Shown: in pieces, positions 36,343-49,964 of the stretch
How positions within the stretch are numbered: the first letter of the stretch is position 1
Layout of the letters: every line of letters begins with the position of its first letter
Source: Squalus acanthias
Taxonomy: Eukaryota
Length of the DNA: 64,000 nt
Direction of reading: 5' to 3'
NCBI GenBank assembly: GCA_030390025.1
Contig: CM059432.1
Location: 36,334,001-36,398,000 of the forward strand
Notes under the pieces: model-generated
What the model saw: only the letters and a program-made list of their open reading frames with translations
Databases searched by the model: none
What the model was told of the DNA's origin: nothing
Program-made: the position numbers and the translations under genes

Positions 36343-36423
36343 CAAAAATACTTCATTGGCTGTAAAGCGCTTTGAGATGTCTGGTGGTCGTGAAAGGCGC
36401 TATAGAAATGCAAGTCTTTCTTT
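36343..36423 (+). mobile_element. SacSINE1/L2-type 3' tail inserted in CR1
   Basis: cttcattggctgtaaagcgctttgagatg...aaatgcaagtctttcttt; host rejoins as gacctctttgc|aaggggaatagg. Confidence 0.8.
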
Positions 36424-39400
36424 AAGGGGAATAGGTTCTTCCTATCCACTCTATCTAGGCCCCTTATCATTTTATACACCTTAATTAAATCTCCCCTCAG
36501 CCTCCTCTGTTCCAAAGAAAACAACCCTAACCTATCCAATCTTTCCTTGTAGCTAATATTCTCCAGTCCTGGCAGCATCCTCGTAAATCTCCTCTGTACC
36601 CTCTCTAGTGTAATCATATCTTTCCTGTAATGTGGTGACCAGAACTGTGTTCAATACTCTAGCTGTGGTTTTATCCAGTTCTAGCATAACTTCCCTGCAC
36701 TTGTATTCTGTGCCTTGGTTAAGAAAATAAAGTATCCCATATGCCACCATAACTACCTTATCTACCTGTCCTGCTACCTACAGGGCTCTGTGGACATGCA
36801 CTCCAAGGTCCCTCTGTTCCTCTACACTTTTCAGTATCCTACCATTTTATTGTGTATTCCCTTGCCTTGTTGGCCCTCCCCAAATGCATTACCTCACACT
36901 TAACCGGATTGAATTCCATTTGCCACATTCCTGCCCACCTGAACAGTCCATTGATATCTTCCTGCAGTCTACAGCTTTCTTCCTCAATATCAACCACACA
37001 ACCAATTTTTGTATCATCTGTAAACTTCTTAATCATGGTACCTACATTGAACTCTGAATCATTGATATATACCACAAAAAGCAAAGGACCCAGTACTGAG
37101 CCCTGTGGAACCCCACTGGAAACAGCCTTCCAGTCACAAAAACACATGTCGACTATTACCCTTTGCTTCCTGCCACGGAGCCAATTTTGGATTCTACTTG
37201 CCACTTTCCCTTGTATCCCATGAGTTTTTACTTTTGTGACCAGTCTGCCATGTGAGACCTTGTCAAAAGCCTTGCTAAAATCCATGTAGACTACATCAAA
37301 TGCGCAACCCTAATCGACCCTCCTTGTTACCTCCTCGAAAAATTCAATTAAGTTAGTCAGATACCACCTTCAATTAACAAATCCATGCTGACTGTCCTTG
37401 ATTAATTCATGCCTTTCTAAATGACGATTAATACTCTCCATCAGAATTTTTTCCAATAATTTTCCCACCACCGAGGTTAGGCTGACTGGCCTGTAATTAC
37501 TCAGTCTATCCCTTTCTCCCTTTTTATACAACGGTACAATGTTAACAGTCCTCCGGCACCACACCTGTAGCCAGTGCGGATTGGAAAATGATGGTCGGAG
37601 CCTCCCTTGCTTCTCTTAACAGCCTGGGATACATTTCATCTGGACCTGACGACTTATCTACTTTCAAAGATGCTAAACTCCTTAATACTTCCCCCCTCAA
37701 TATGTTTATCTCATCTAATATTTCACACTCCTCCTTAACTACAATGTCTGCATTGTCCCTCAATTTTGTGAAGACAGTCGCAAAGTATTCATTAAGAACC
37801 ATACCCACGTCTTCCGTCTCAACACACCGGTTACCTTTATTGGTCTCTGATAGGCCCAACTCTTTCTTTAGTTATTCTCTTGCTCTTTATATATTTATAA
37901 AATATCTTTGGGTTTTCCTTGATGTTACTTGCCACTATTTTTTCATGCCCTCTCTTTGCTTTCCTAATTTTCTTTTTAATTTCACCCCTGCATTTTCTAT
38001 ACTCAAGGCTTTCTGAAGTATTTAGTTCTTGGTATCTGACATAAGTTTCCCTTGTCCTACCCTGTATACCCCTTGACATCCAGGGGACTCTAGATTTGGG
38101 AGTCCCACCCTTTTTTCTTTGTGGGTACATATTTGCTCTGAACCCTCACTATCTCCTCCTTTAATGCCTCCTACTGCTCTGACACTGATTTACCTTCAAC
38201 AAGCTATTTCCAGTCCATTTTTGCTAAATCACACTCAGCTTAGTAAAATCAGCATTTCCCCAACTGGGAACTTTTGCTCCTGGTCTACCTTTGTCCTTTT
38301 CCATAACTATGCTAAATCTGACTGAATTATGATCACTACCACCAAATTGCTCTCTCACTGATGGCCCTTCCACCTGCCCAGCTTCATTCCCTAAAACAAA
38401 GTCCAGAAGCGCCCCCTCTCTTGTTGGGCTTGCTATGTACTAGCTAAAAAAGTTCTCTTGAATGCATTTTAAGAATTCTGCACCCTCTATACCTTCTAAA
38501 CGGATTCTATCCCAGTTAATATTTGGAGTTGAAATCCCCTACTATTGCTGCTCTATTGTTTTTGTACTTCTCAGAAATTTGCCTACATAGTTGCTCTTCT
38601 ATCTCCCTCTGACTATTTGGGAGTCTTTAGTATGCTCCCAGCAGTGTGGTTGGCCCTTTTTTGTTCTTCAGTTCAACCCATATGGCCTCATTTGATGATC
38701 GTTCTAAGATATCCTCCCTCCTCACAGCTGTAATTGTTTCTTTAACCAATATTGCGAGCCACGCACCTTTTTTATCCATCTCTGTATCTCGTCTGAAAAC
38801 CCTGTAACCAGGAATGTTGAGCTGCCATTCCTGCCCTTCTTTCAGCCATGTTTCAGTAATAGCTATGATAATCATACTTCAGAACTGAATAGCAGTTAGA
38901 GAGCAAGATACACTTGGGGGACTCCTGCACCACCAGCCTGCTCCTCGTCTATCTGGCAAAGAGTAGTGGAGAATGCGGCCATCAATCCGACTACTTCTCG
39001 CGTGCTAACGCTTCTGGAAGTGTTCTACTCTTTTATTTTAAGACGTTTCAATACAAATTGGGTCCCCCACCCTTAACTTTTGGCTTCAGGGACTGTAGTG
39101 ACGAGGAATGCAATCAGAAGTGAGTACAATTACTTTTGTTGAGTGCTGCGGGATAACTGCTTCCTTTACAACAAGAGTGATTCTACCTGAAGCAGTAGTG
39201 GGGAAAGAGACTGATTAGGAAAGCCAAGTAAGAAAGAAAATAAAAGGGTGAAAGGAAGTATTTAACCTAATGGATGGGAGTGCCCTCCATTAGGTTTGTC
39301 AAACACCTAGTGATTGCCATCCAACTTGTGTGCTTGCTAAGTGGATGCATTACCAAATATTTACATAGTGACCATCACGTTCAATCATCCAGTTTCCATA

Positions 39401-39466
39401 ATGTACCAATTCATAGAATGTTAAACCTTTTATTTTGGCTTCTTTCAGGACACGGCTGTGCTTACG

Positions 39467-39731
39467 ATGGCTGACTTCAATCTGATTGATGCACTACACG
39501 AAAGTACACCCAGTGTTGAATCGGAAGTTAAGAGAGATTTCATTGCTTCTCTGGAGGCAGAGAAATACGATGATGTTGTTGGAGAAAGTGTGACGAAAGA
39601 AAGTTATGTTCCACTGCTGGATGACGATGAGACGAAACCGCCTCCTTCCGAGGCTAAAGAGAATGCGGTGGTGCACTTGTACGGAGAGGCAGCACCTGAA
39701 CAAGAAACTGATCGGGGACAATTGACAGAAC
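39467..39731 (+). CDS. MAP4: Microtubule-associated protein 4, first coding exon (exon 39449-39731 including 18 nt of 5' UTR)
   Basis: [55 protein letters not shown] matches the recalled vertebrate MAP4 N-terminus ([46 protein letters not shown]). Acceptor ttggcttctttcag|G at 39448, Kozak acgATGG, donor C|gtgagt at 39731 (88 codons + 1 nt, phase 1). Confidence 0.93.
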
Positions 39732-40069
39732 GTGAGTGTGTGCATAATATGAGCTTTAGATCAGAGTAGTGAGTGGAAGCCTCACTGACTGGTATGACAG
39801 TAGGGCTTGTCTGTTGAACCTTGGGTTTTCTTGAGCAGTAGAGTGCCATGTAGCACTGGGCTCTCTGTTTAAACCATTCCTAGGTGTTTGTCTAGCATGG
39901 CTGCATGAGGGTTTGAAGATAGAGCTTGGAATGAGGAACGGCCATTCAGCCTATTATGTCTGTTCCTCCTATCAACTATATACATCTCATTTGGCTGCAC
40001 AAGGTACTGGTGAAACTAATTTCATTTTGAGTAATTTCAGCTGTTAAAGATGATCAACAAAGGCGATCA

Positions 40070-40325
40070 ACATAGGAACAGGAAGTAGGCCATTCAGCCC
40101 CTTGACTCTGTTCGGCCATTCAGTTAGATCATGGCTGATTTGTACCTCAACTCCATGTACCCGCCTTTCTTTCTTTCTTATCCCTTGAGACCCTTGCTTA
40201 ACAAAAATCCATCTATCTCGAAAATGTCAATTGACCCAGCATCCACAGCCTTTTGGGGGAGAGAGTTCCATATTTCCACAACCCTTTGTGTGAAAAAGTG
40301 CTTCCTGATTTCACTCCTGAATGGC
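40070..40325 (-). mobile_element. CR1 3' tail fragment
   Basis: aacataggaacaggaagtaggccattcagccc...ccacaaccctttgtgtgaaaaagtgcttcc. Confidence 0.75.
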
Positions 40326-40480
40326 CTACATCTCCTCCAGTCTGAATTGAATTGAATTGAAAGCGGGTGCCAATTGGTGTACAGACAGTGCTCTAATCCA
40401 TGGCTGCCTACACTATATATATTTTTCTTAAACTCCTCCCTATATTTCTTCTCTTTTCTCTTCTTTATACTATCGCCAAT

Positions 40481-41708
40481 TTAAGAACATAAGAGCAGGA
40501 TTAGGCCATTCGGCCCCTGGAGCCTGCTCTGCCATTCAATAAGATCATGGCTGATCATTGACCTCAACTCCACTTTTCCCGCCCGATCTCCATATCCCTT
40601 GATTCCCCTAGAGTCCAAAAATCTATCTATCTCAGCCTTGAATATACTCAAAGACTCAGCATTCACAGCCCTCTGGGGCAGAGAATTCCAAAGATTCACA
40701 ACCCTCTGAGTGAAGAAATTCCTCCTCATCTCAGTCTTAAATGGCCGACCCCTTATCCTGAGACTATGCCCCCTGGTTCTAGACACTCCAGCCAGGGGAA
40801 ACAACCTCTCAGCATCTACCCTGTCAATCCCCTTCAGAATCTTGTATGTTTCAATGAGATCACCTCTCATTCTTCTAAACTCCAGAGAGTATAGGCCCAT
40901 TCTACACAATCTCTCATCATAGGACAACCCTCTCATTCCAGGAATCAATCTAGTGAACCTTCGTTGCACCGCCTCTAAGGCAAGTATGTCCTTCCTTGGA
41001 TAAGGAGACCAAAACTGTGCACAGTACTCCAGGTGTGGTTTCACCAAGGCTCTGTACAATTGTAGCAAGACTTCCTTACTCTTATACTCCAACCCCCTTG
41101 CAATAAAGGCCAACATGCCATTTGCCTTCCTTATTGCTTGCTGTACTTGCATGCTAGCTTTGTGTTTCTTGCACGAGGACACCCAAATCTTCTGAACACC
41201 AACATTTGAAAGTTTCTCACCATCTAAAAAATATTCTGTTTTTCTATTCTTCCTACCAAAGTGAATAACCTCACATTTCCCTACATTATACTCCATCTGC
41301 CACCTTAATGCCCACTCACTTAGTCTATCTATATCCCTTTGCAGACTCTTTGTGTTCTCCTCACAGCTTACTGTCCCACCTAGCTTTGTATCATCAGCAA
41401 ACTTGGATACATTACACTCGGTCCCTTCATCTAGGTCATTAATATAAATTGTAAATAGCTGAGGCCCCAACACTGATCCTTGCAGCACCCCACTAGTTAC
41501 AGCCTGCCAACCTGAAAAAAATCTGTTTATCCCTACTCCCTGTTTTCTGTCCGTTAACCAATCCTCTATCCATGCTACTATATTACCCCCAACCCCGTGA
41601 GCCCTACTCTTGTGTAATAACCTTTTATGTGGCACGTTATCGAATGCCTTTTGGAAATCCAAATATACTACATCCACTGGTTCCCCTTTATCTACCCTGC
41701 TAGTTACA
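40481..41708 (-). mobile_element. CR1 LINE RT/3' region
   Basis: ORF 40481-41677: [44 protein letters not shown]-type tail. Confidence 0.95.
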
Positions 41709-42494
41709 TTCTTTTACTTGGGAGGACACAACCATCTATAAACGCTACTCCAAAACTGGCGCTTTTTTGTGGTTGTCTACCCTTCAATAATGGGCACAAA
41801 CCTGAGTTTTCTTCCTTTGCACCCTCCAACCCTCTTCTCTCCCAAACGTCTTAATTTCTTGGTGGAGTAAGATTTCATGATTGCGGTGTGCCCTCAAGCA
41901 GCTTGTCCTACTGGCCATTAACAGCACTTTCCAGCTGCACAACCTCTATTATTGAGCAGGACAAAAGCATGAATACCATGAGGACATATATGGCCGTTCC
42001 TTTATCGCTGTTGGGTCAAAATCCTGGAATTCCCTACCTAACACCATTGTGGGGCACCATCACCACAAGGACTGCAGTAGTTTGAGAACATGGCAATCTG
42101 GCACCTTATGGCAGCCATTCTTTCATTACCCACCAATAATTGTTTGTGCATTAGCCATAAATTCAACTGGGCATTGGTTGACCTCGCACCTAAACCGAAT
42201 CCTTTGTTCACCTGTACATTTTGTTCGGCAGGGGTCTCTGGATATGATGAATAGGAACCTCAACCTATTTTTTGTCCCTCTCTAGCACAGGAGCACTGAA
42301 GCCAACATAAAATAGTTTAGAAGTTGGATATTTTTTTTTTTAAATCGTGATAAAGGTGACAATTTGCACTTTTATGGGAAAACCGGCAGAGTCACAGAAT
42401 GGTAACCTGTAAAAATTCTAGAAACCCAGGTAACAAAAACTGAATTCGACTTATTCAGCCACCATAAATTAGTGACTGTGATGATGGTTCTTCA

Positions 42495-44670
42495 GAGTCA
42501 TACAGCACAGAAAGAGGCCCTTCGGCCCATCGTGTCCGCGCCAGCCATCAAGCCCTGTCTATACTAATCCCATTTTCCAGCACTTGATCCGTAGCCTTGT
42601 ATGCTATGGCGTTTCAAGTGCTCATCTAAATGCTTCTTGAATGTTGAGGGTTCCTGCCTCTACCACCCTTTCAGGCAGTGAGTTCCAGATTCCAACCACC
42701 CTATGGGTGAAAAAGTTTTTCCTCAAATCCCCTCTAAACTTCCTGCCCCTTACCTTGAAACTATGCCCCCTGGTTATTGACCCCTCTACTAAGGGGGAAA
42801 AGTTCCTTTCTATCTACCCTATCTATGCCCCTCAATTTTGTGCACCTCAATCAGGTCCCCCCTCAGCCTTCTCTGCTCTAAGGAAAACAACCCCAGCCTG
42901 TCCAGTCTCCCTTCATAGCTGAAGCGCTGCAGCCCAGGTAACATCCTGCTGAATCTCCTCTGCACATTCTCCAATGCAATCACATCCTTCCTATAGTGTG
43001 GTGACCAGAACTGCACACAGTATTCCAGCTGTGGCCTAAGTAGCGTTTTGTACAGCTCCATCATAACCTCCCTGCTCTTGCCTTCATTAGCCGAGGCATA
43101 GAATATAAGTATCCCATATGCCTTTTTAACCACCTTATCTACCTGTCCTGCTGCCTTCAGGGATCTGTGTACATGCACACCAAGGTTCCTCTGTCCTTCC
43201 TAGGGTCCTACCATTCATTGTGTATTCCCTTGCCTTGTTAGTCCTCCCAAAATGCATCACCTCTCACTTTTCAGGGTTAAATTCCATTTGTCACTGTTCT
43301 GCCCATCTGACCAACCCGTCTATATCGTCCTGTAGCCTGAGGCTTCCCTCCTCGCTATTTACCACCCCACCAATTTTCATGTCATCTGCGAACTTACTGA
43401 TCATACCTCCTACATTCATATCTAAATCATTAATGTACACTAAAACAGCAAAGGACCCAGCACCGATCCCTGCGGTACACCACTGGACACAGGCTTCCAG
43501 TCACAAAAACAACCTTCGACCATCACCCTCTGCCTCCTGCCACTAAGCCAATTTTGGATCCAATGTGCCAAGTTGCCCTGGATCCCATGGGCTTTTATCT
43601 TCTTGACCAGTCTCCCATGCGGGACTTTGTCAAAAGCCTTACTGAAGTCCATGTAGACCACATCAACTGCACTACCCTCATCCACACACTTAGTCACCCC
43701 CTCGCAAAATTCAATCAAATTGGTCAGACATGATCTCCCCCTGACAAAGCCATGCTGACTATCCTTGATTAATCCTTGCCTCTCCAAGTGGAGACTAATT
43801 CTGTCCCTCAGAATTTTTTCCAATAATTTCCTTACCACTGATGTTGGGCTCACTGGCCTGTAATTCCCTGGTTTATCCCTACTACCCTTCTTGAATAATG
43901 GTACTATGTTAGCTGTTCTCCAGTCCTCTGGCACCTCCCCTGTGGCCAGAGAGGTTCTGAAAATTTGTGTCAGAGCCCCTGCAATCTCCTCCCTTGCTTC
44001 ACACGGCAGCCTGGGATACATCTCGTCTGGGCCTGGGGATTTATCCACTTTTAAGCCCGCTAAAACCGCTAGTACCTCCTCCCTCTCAATACTAATTTGT
44101 TCAAGTATATCACAATCCCCCTGCCTGATTTCTATGCCTACATCGTCCTTCTCCATAGTGAACACAGATGCAAAATATTCATTTAAAACCCCACCTACAT
44201 CTTCTGGCTCTACACACAGATTGCCACTTTGGTCCCTAATGGGCCCTACTCTTTCCCTGGTTATCCTCTTGCCCTTAATATACTTATAAAACAGCTTGGG
44301 ATTTTCCTTTATTTTGCCCGCCAGTGTTATTTCATGCCCCCTCTTCGCTCTCCTAATTTCTTTTTTAAGTACCCCCCCTGCACTTTCTATACTCCTAGGG
44401 CTTCCACTGTTTTTAGTCCTTTGTATCTGCCAAAAGCCTCCCTTTTTTTTCCTAATCCATTCTCGTATATCCCTTGACATCCAGGGTTCCCTGGGCTTGT
44501 TAGTCCCACCCTTGACCTTTACGGGAACATGTTGGCGTTGTACTCTCTCTATTTCCTTTCTGAAAGACTCCCACTGCTCTGATGTGGATTTTTCTACAAG
44601 TAGCTGATCCCCGTCCACTTTGGCCAGATCCTGCCTTATCATATTAAAATCGTCCTTCCCCCAATTTAGA
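42495..44670 (-). mobile_element. CR1 LINE ORF2 (linker + RT + 3' end), frameshifted
   Basis: ORF 43440-44642 ([41 protein letters not shown]) and downstream fragments. Confidence 0.95.
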
Positions 44671-44975
44671 GTTAATCATTCAGGGCCCACTTACTAGTTG
44701 TGACACACTGATCCAGCGCACAACTTCAAAAACACTGGCCACGGAATCATCGGAGGAGCTGTGCACTGCTCTTAGTTGCTCTGTAGGGTAATCTGACCTT
44801 GAACGCATAGCACTTTCCAGAAACAGTAATAGTCTGTGTTGTTTTTCTTTCTTCCTCTATCCTAGACAGGCAGATGGTCGTGTGATTATTTTGAGCCCTG
44901 GAGCTTAGAGTATTGTGCATCGTGCCAGTCATGTTTTGCAGTGTCTGACTGTCTGCTGTGTATGAACTTCTACAG

Positions 44976-45050
44976 GTTCTGGAGCGAGTGAGCAGGGACC
45001 AGGGGAGCTGCCCAATGGGGAGCATGGTGTAGGACAAGCTGATGGCACAG
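44976..45050 (+). CDS. MAP4: MAP4 second coding exon (75 nt, phase 1-1)
   Basis: Acceptor ttctacag|G, donor cag|gtaagg. Spliced to 39731 it reads (R)SGASEQGPGELPNGEHGVGQADGT, resembling recalled mammalian MAP4 TPSSKPTLLANGGHGVEGSDTTG; no stops. Confidence 0.82.
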
Positions 45051-45652
45051 GTAAGGTTGAAACAGGGGCTTCTATATTCTTGCGGGAATCCAACTGGGAA
45101 TCTTTGGTAGAAGCCGTGCTTATTTTTTGGGGGGATTTTGGATGCGCGGTCTCCTCTGTCTAGGTAAGGAGTTTATTTTTTTTTTAAATGAATTCCTTTT
45201 TCTACCAATTTTCTCCTGACGGTGTTGATTCTCATCAGGATAAGATTCACCAGGTGCCCTCACCCCCTCCCAATAGGCCATTCTTAATGTGTGAACCTAG
45301 GTAATGAATTACATGAATGGTAAATAAGGTTGGTGAGCTGCAGGCGCAAATAGCCACATGGGAATTTGATGTTGTGGTGATAACGGAGACCTGGCTCAAA
45401 AGGGCAGGATTGGGTTTTAAATATCCCTGGATATGAGGTGTTCAGGAAAGAAAGGAGGTGGGGTGGCAGTATTGGTTAAGGAGAATGTTACAGTGCTGGA
45501 GAGAGAGAGCATGTCCTGGAGGGGTCAAGGATAGAATCTATTTGGTTAGAGTTAAGAAATAATAGAGGTGCCATTACACTACTAGGTGTGTTCTATAGGC
45601 CACCAACTAGTGGGAAAGATAGAGGAGCAAATTTGCAGGGAAATTAGAGAGA

Positions 45653-46730
45653 ATCATAGAATCATAGAAAGTTACAGCACGGAAGGAGGCCATTTTGGCC
45701 CATCGTGTCCGCGCCGGCCAACAAAATGCTATCCAGCCTAATCCCACTTCCCAGCTCTTGGTCCATAGCCCTGCAGGTTACAGCATCCCAAGTGCACATC
45801 CAAGTACTTTTTAAACGTGGTTAGGGTTCCTGCCTCTACCACCCTTTCAGGCAGTGAGTTCCAGACCCCCACAACCCTCTGGGTGAAGAAATTTCCCCTC
45901 AAATCCCCTCTAAACCTTCCACCAATTACTTCAAATCTGTGCCCCCTGGTTTTTGACCCCTCTGCTAAAGGAAATAGGTCCTTTCTATCCACTTTATCTA
46001 TGCCCTTCATAATTTTATGCACCTCAATAAGGTCTCCCCTCAGCCTCCTCTGTTCCAAGGAAAACAGACCCAGCCTATCCAGTCTTTCCTCATAGCTAAG
46101 ATTCTCTACTCCCGGCAACATCCTTGTAAATCTCCTCTGTACCCTCTCTAGTGCAGTCACATCTTTCCTGTAATGTGACCAGAACTGCACGCAGTACTCT
46201 AGCTGAGGCCTAACTAGTGTTTTATACAGTTGAAGCATAACCCCCCCTGCTCTTGTATTCTATGCCACGGCTAATAAAGGCAAGCATTCCTTATGCCTTC
46301 TTAACCACCTTATCTACTTGGCCTACTACCTTCAGGGATCTGTGGACATGCACTCTAAGGTCCCTTTGTTCCTCTACACTACTCCGTGTCCTACCATTTA
46401 ATGTGTATTCCCTTTCCTTTTTAGCCCTCCCCAAATGCATTACCTCACACTTTTCTCCGGATTGAATTCCATTTGCCACTGTTCTGCCCACCTGACCAAT
46501 TTATTGATATCTTCCTGCAGTCTACAGCTTCCTTCTTCAGTATCAACCACACAGCTGATTTTAGTATCATCTGCAAACTTCTTAATCATACCCCCTATAT
46601 TCAAGTCAAGATCGTTGATATATACCACAAAAAGAAAGGGACCTAGTACTGAGCCCTGTGGAACCCCACTGGAAACAGCCTTCCAGTCACAAAAACACCC
46701 ATCAACCATTACCCTCTGCTTCCTGTCTCC
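45653..46730 (-). mobile_element. CR1 3' fragment nested in CR1
   Basis: ORFs 45738-46238 and 46440-46772; tail atcatagaatcatag; possible TSD gaga. Confidence 0.9.
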
Positions 46731-46917
46731 TGAGATGCAAGAACTATAGATACTAATAATGGGGGACTTCAATTATCCTAATATTGACTGGGATAATAGT
46801 GTACAGGGCATAGATGGGGAAGAATTTCTGAAGTGTGTTCAGGAGAACTTTCTTGATAGTACGTTTCCGGCCCAACGAGGAAGGAGGCATTGCTGCATCT
46901 GGTTCTGGAGAATAAGG

Positions 46918-48248
46918 TCATAGAATCATAGAAATTTACAGCACAGAAGGAGGTCATTCGGTCCATCCTGTCCGTGCCGGCTGACAGAGCTAGCCACCCT
47001 AATCCCACTTTTCAGCACTTGTCCGTAGCCTTGTAGGTTACGGCACTTCAAGTGCATATCCAAGTACTTTTTAAATATGATGAGGGTCTCTGCCTCTACC
47101 GCCCTTTCAGGCAGTGAGTTCCAGACCCCCACCACCCTCTGGGTGAAAATATTTCTCCTCAACTCCCCTCTAAACCTCCGACCAATTACTTTAAATCTAT
47201 GCCCCCGGTTATTGACCCTTCTGCTCAGAGAAATAGGTCCTTCCTATCCACTCTATCTAGGCCCCTCATAATTTTATACACCTCAATTAGGTCTCCCCTC
47301 AGCCTCCTCTTCCAAAGAAAACAACTGCAGCCTATCCAATCTTTCCTCAAAACTAAAATTCCCAAGCCCAGGCAACATCCTCGTAAATCTCCTCTGCACC
47401 CACTCTAGTGCAGTCACATCCTTCCTGTAATGTGGTGACCAGAACTGCACACCGTATTCTAGCTGCGGCCTAACTAGTGTTTTATACAGTTCGAGCATAA
47501 CCTCCCTGCTCTTATATTCTATGCCTTGGCTAATAAAGGCAAGTATCCCGTATGCTTTCTGAACCACCTTATCTACCTGTCCTGCTACCTTCAGGGATCT
47601 GTGGACATGCACTCTAAGGTTCCACTTCTCGGTGTCCTACCATTTCTAGTGCATTCCCTTGCCTTGTTGGCCCTCCCCAAATGCATTACCTCACAATTCT
47701 CTGGATTGAATTCCATTTGCCACTGTTCTGCCCACCTGACTAGTCCATTGATATCTTTCTGCAGTCTGCAGCCGCCTTCTTCATTATCAACCACACGGCC
47801 AATTTTTGTATCATCTGCAAACTTCTTAATCATACTTCCTACATTCAAGTCCAAATCAGTGATATATACCACAAAAAGCAGAGGACCCAGTACTGAGCCC
47901 TGCGGAACCCCATTAGAAACCGCCTTCCAGTCACAAAAACACCCTTCGACCATTACCCTTTGTTTCCTGCCTCTGAGCCAATTTTGGATCCAACTTGCCA
48001 CTTTGCCTTGGATCCTATGGGCTTTTACTTTTGTGACCAGTCTGCCATGTGGGACCTTATCAAAAGTCTTGCTAAAATCCATATAGACTACATCAAACGC
48101 ACTACCCTCATCGACCCTCCTTGTTGCCTCCTCAAAAAATTCAATCAAGTTAGTCAGACACGACCTTCCCTTGACAAATCCATGCTGACTGTCCCTGATT
48201 AATCCGTGTCTTTCTAAATGAAGATTTATAGTGTCCCTCAGAATTTTT
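46918..48248 (-). mobile_element. CR1 RT/3' fragment nested in CR1
   Basis: ORFs 47591-48148 and 47283-47612; tail tcatagaatcatagaa. Confidence 0.9.
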
Positions 48249-48504
48249 GTGGCACTTGATCAAACACCATTTGGAAGTCCATATACACCACGTCAAACGC
48301 ATTGCCCTCATCAACCCTCTCTGTTAACTCATCAGAAAACTCGATCAAGTTAAACACGATTTGCCTTTAACAAATCCGTGCTGGCTTTCCTTAATTAATC
48401 CACACTTGTCCAAGTGACAGTTAACTTTGTCCCTGATTATCGTTTCCAAAAGCTTCCCCACTACCGAGGTTAAACTGACTGGCCTGTAGTTGCTGGGTTT
48501 ATCC
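48249..48504 (-). mobile_element. Inverted internal CR1 RT fragment
   Basis: DKPSNYRPVSLTSVVGKLLETIIRDK..QHGFVKGKSCLT; homologous to + strand 48858-49052 and 49965-50012. Confidence 0.85.
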
Positions 48505-49052
48505 GGGTAGTAAGAGGAGGGGTGGGGCCGATTAGGGACCAAAAAGGAGACCTACATATGGAGGCAGAGGGTATGGTTGAGGAGCTAAATGAGTACTTTG
48601 CATCTGTCTTCACCAAGGAAGAAGATGCTGCCATAGACCTAGTGAAGGAGGAGGTTAGAGGAGATACTGGATGGGTTAAAAATTGATAAAGTGGTACTAG
48701 AAAGGCCAGATGGGATGCATCCTAGGACACTGAGGGAAGTGAAAGAAAAAATCGCGGACGTACTGGCCATAATCTTCCAATCCTCCTTAGAAACGGGGGT
48801 GGTGCCAGAGGACTGGAGAATTGCAAATGTTCCACCCTTGTTCAAAAAAGGGTGTAAAGATAAACCCAGCAACTACAGGTCAGTCAGTTTATCCTCGGTA
48901 GTGGGGAAGCTTTTAGAAACATTAATCAGGGACAAAATTAGCAATCACTTGGACAAGTGTGGAATAATTAAGGAAAGGCAAATCATGTTCAACCAACTTG
49001 ATCGAGTTTTTTGATGAGGTAACAGAGGGTTGATGAGGGCAATGCGGTTGAC

Positions 49053-49964
49053 AACAACAACAACTTGTACTTATATAGCGCCTTTAACGTAATAAAATGT
49101 CCCAAGGCACTTCACAGGAGTATTAAAAGACAAAAAATTTGACACCGAGCCACATAAGGATAAATTAGGGCAGGTGACCAAAAGCTTGGTCAAAGAGGTA
49201 GGTTTTAAGGAGTGTCTTAAAGGAGGAAAGAGAGGTAGCGAGGTGGAGAGGTTTAGGCAGGGAATTCCAGAGCTTAGGGCCACGGCAACAGAAGGCACGG
49301 CCACCAATGATTGAGCGATTATAATCAGGGATGCTCAAGAGGCCAGAATTAGAGGAGCGCAGATATCTCTGGGTTGTGGGGCTGAAGGAGATTCCAGAGA
49401 TAGGGAGGGGCGAGGCTATGGAGGGATTTGAAAACCAGGATGAGAATTTTGAAATCGAGGCGTTGCTTAACCGGGAGCCAGTGTAGGTCAGCAAGCACGG
49501 GTGATGAGTGAACAGGACTTGATGCGAGTTAGGACACTGGCAGCGTACATGTGGAAACTGACGCTGTGTTTCCGGATGATGTCGACAAGGGGCAACAAGT
49601 AGATGAGAAATAGGAGGGGACCAAGGATAGATCCTTGGGGGATACCAGAGGTAACGATGCAGGAGCGGGAAGAGAAGCCGTTGCAGGTGATTCTCTGGCT
49701 ACGATTAGATAGATCAGAATGGAACCAGGCGAGTGCAGTCCCACCCAGCTGGACGACGGTGGACAGGCGTTGAAGGATGGAGGGGTCAGCCGTGTCAAAG
49801 GATGCAGACAAGTCAAGAAAGACAAGGAGGGATGGTTTACCTTTGTCACAGTCACAAAGGATGTCATTTATTACTTTGATGAGAGCCGCTTTGGCATTGT
49901 GGCAAGGGTGGAAACCTGATTGGAGGGATTCAAACATGGAATTGCGGGAAAGATGGGCACGGAT
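49053..49964 (-). mobile_element. L2 LINE fragment with (TTG)n tail, nested in CR1
   Basis: MFESLQSGF..LVFLDLSASFDT..GIPQGSILGPLLF..FHMYA; WNSLP; TSD TTGAC (49048-49052, 49965-49969). Confidence 0.92.

Larger units (their letters stand above)
35672..38875 (-). mobile_element. Long CR1 ORF2 remnant (EN through 3' tail) with nested MITE and SINE tail
   Basis: IIAITETWLKEGQEWQLNIPGYRVFRRD (EN), [36 protein letters not shown], tail tcatagaatcatagaa; multiple frameshifts. Confidence 0.93.

Noticed and set aside
40481..41677. 398-aa ORF as an intact or domesticated RT gene
   Set aside because: It is a 5'-truncated CR1; an internal segment (QKIWVSSCKKH) is out of the consensus frame through compensating indels, and the C-terminus reads into the 3' UTR.
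43440..44642. 400-aa ORF as a host gene
   Set aside because: CR1 ORF2 fragment ending at a frameshift just after [11 protein letters not shown].
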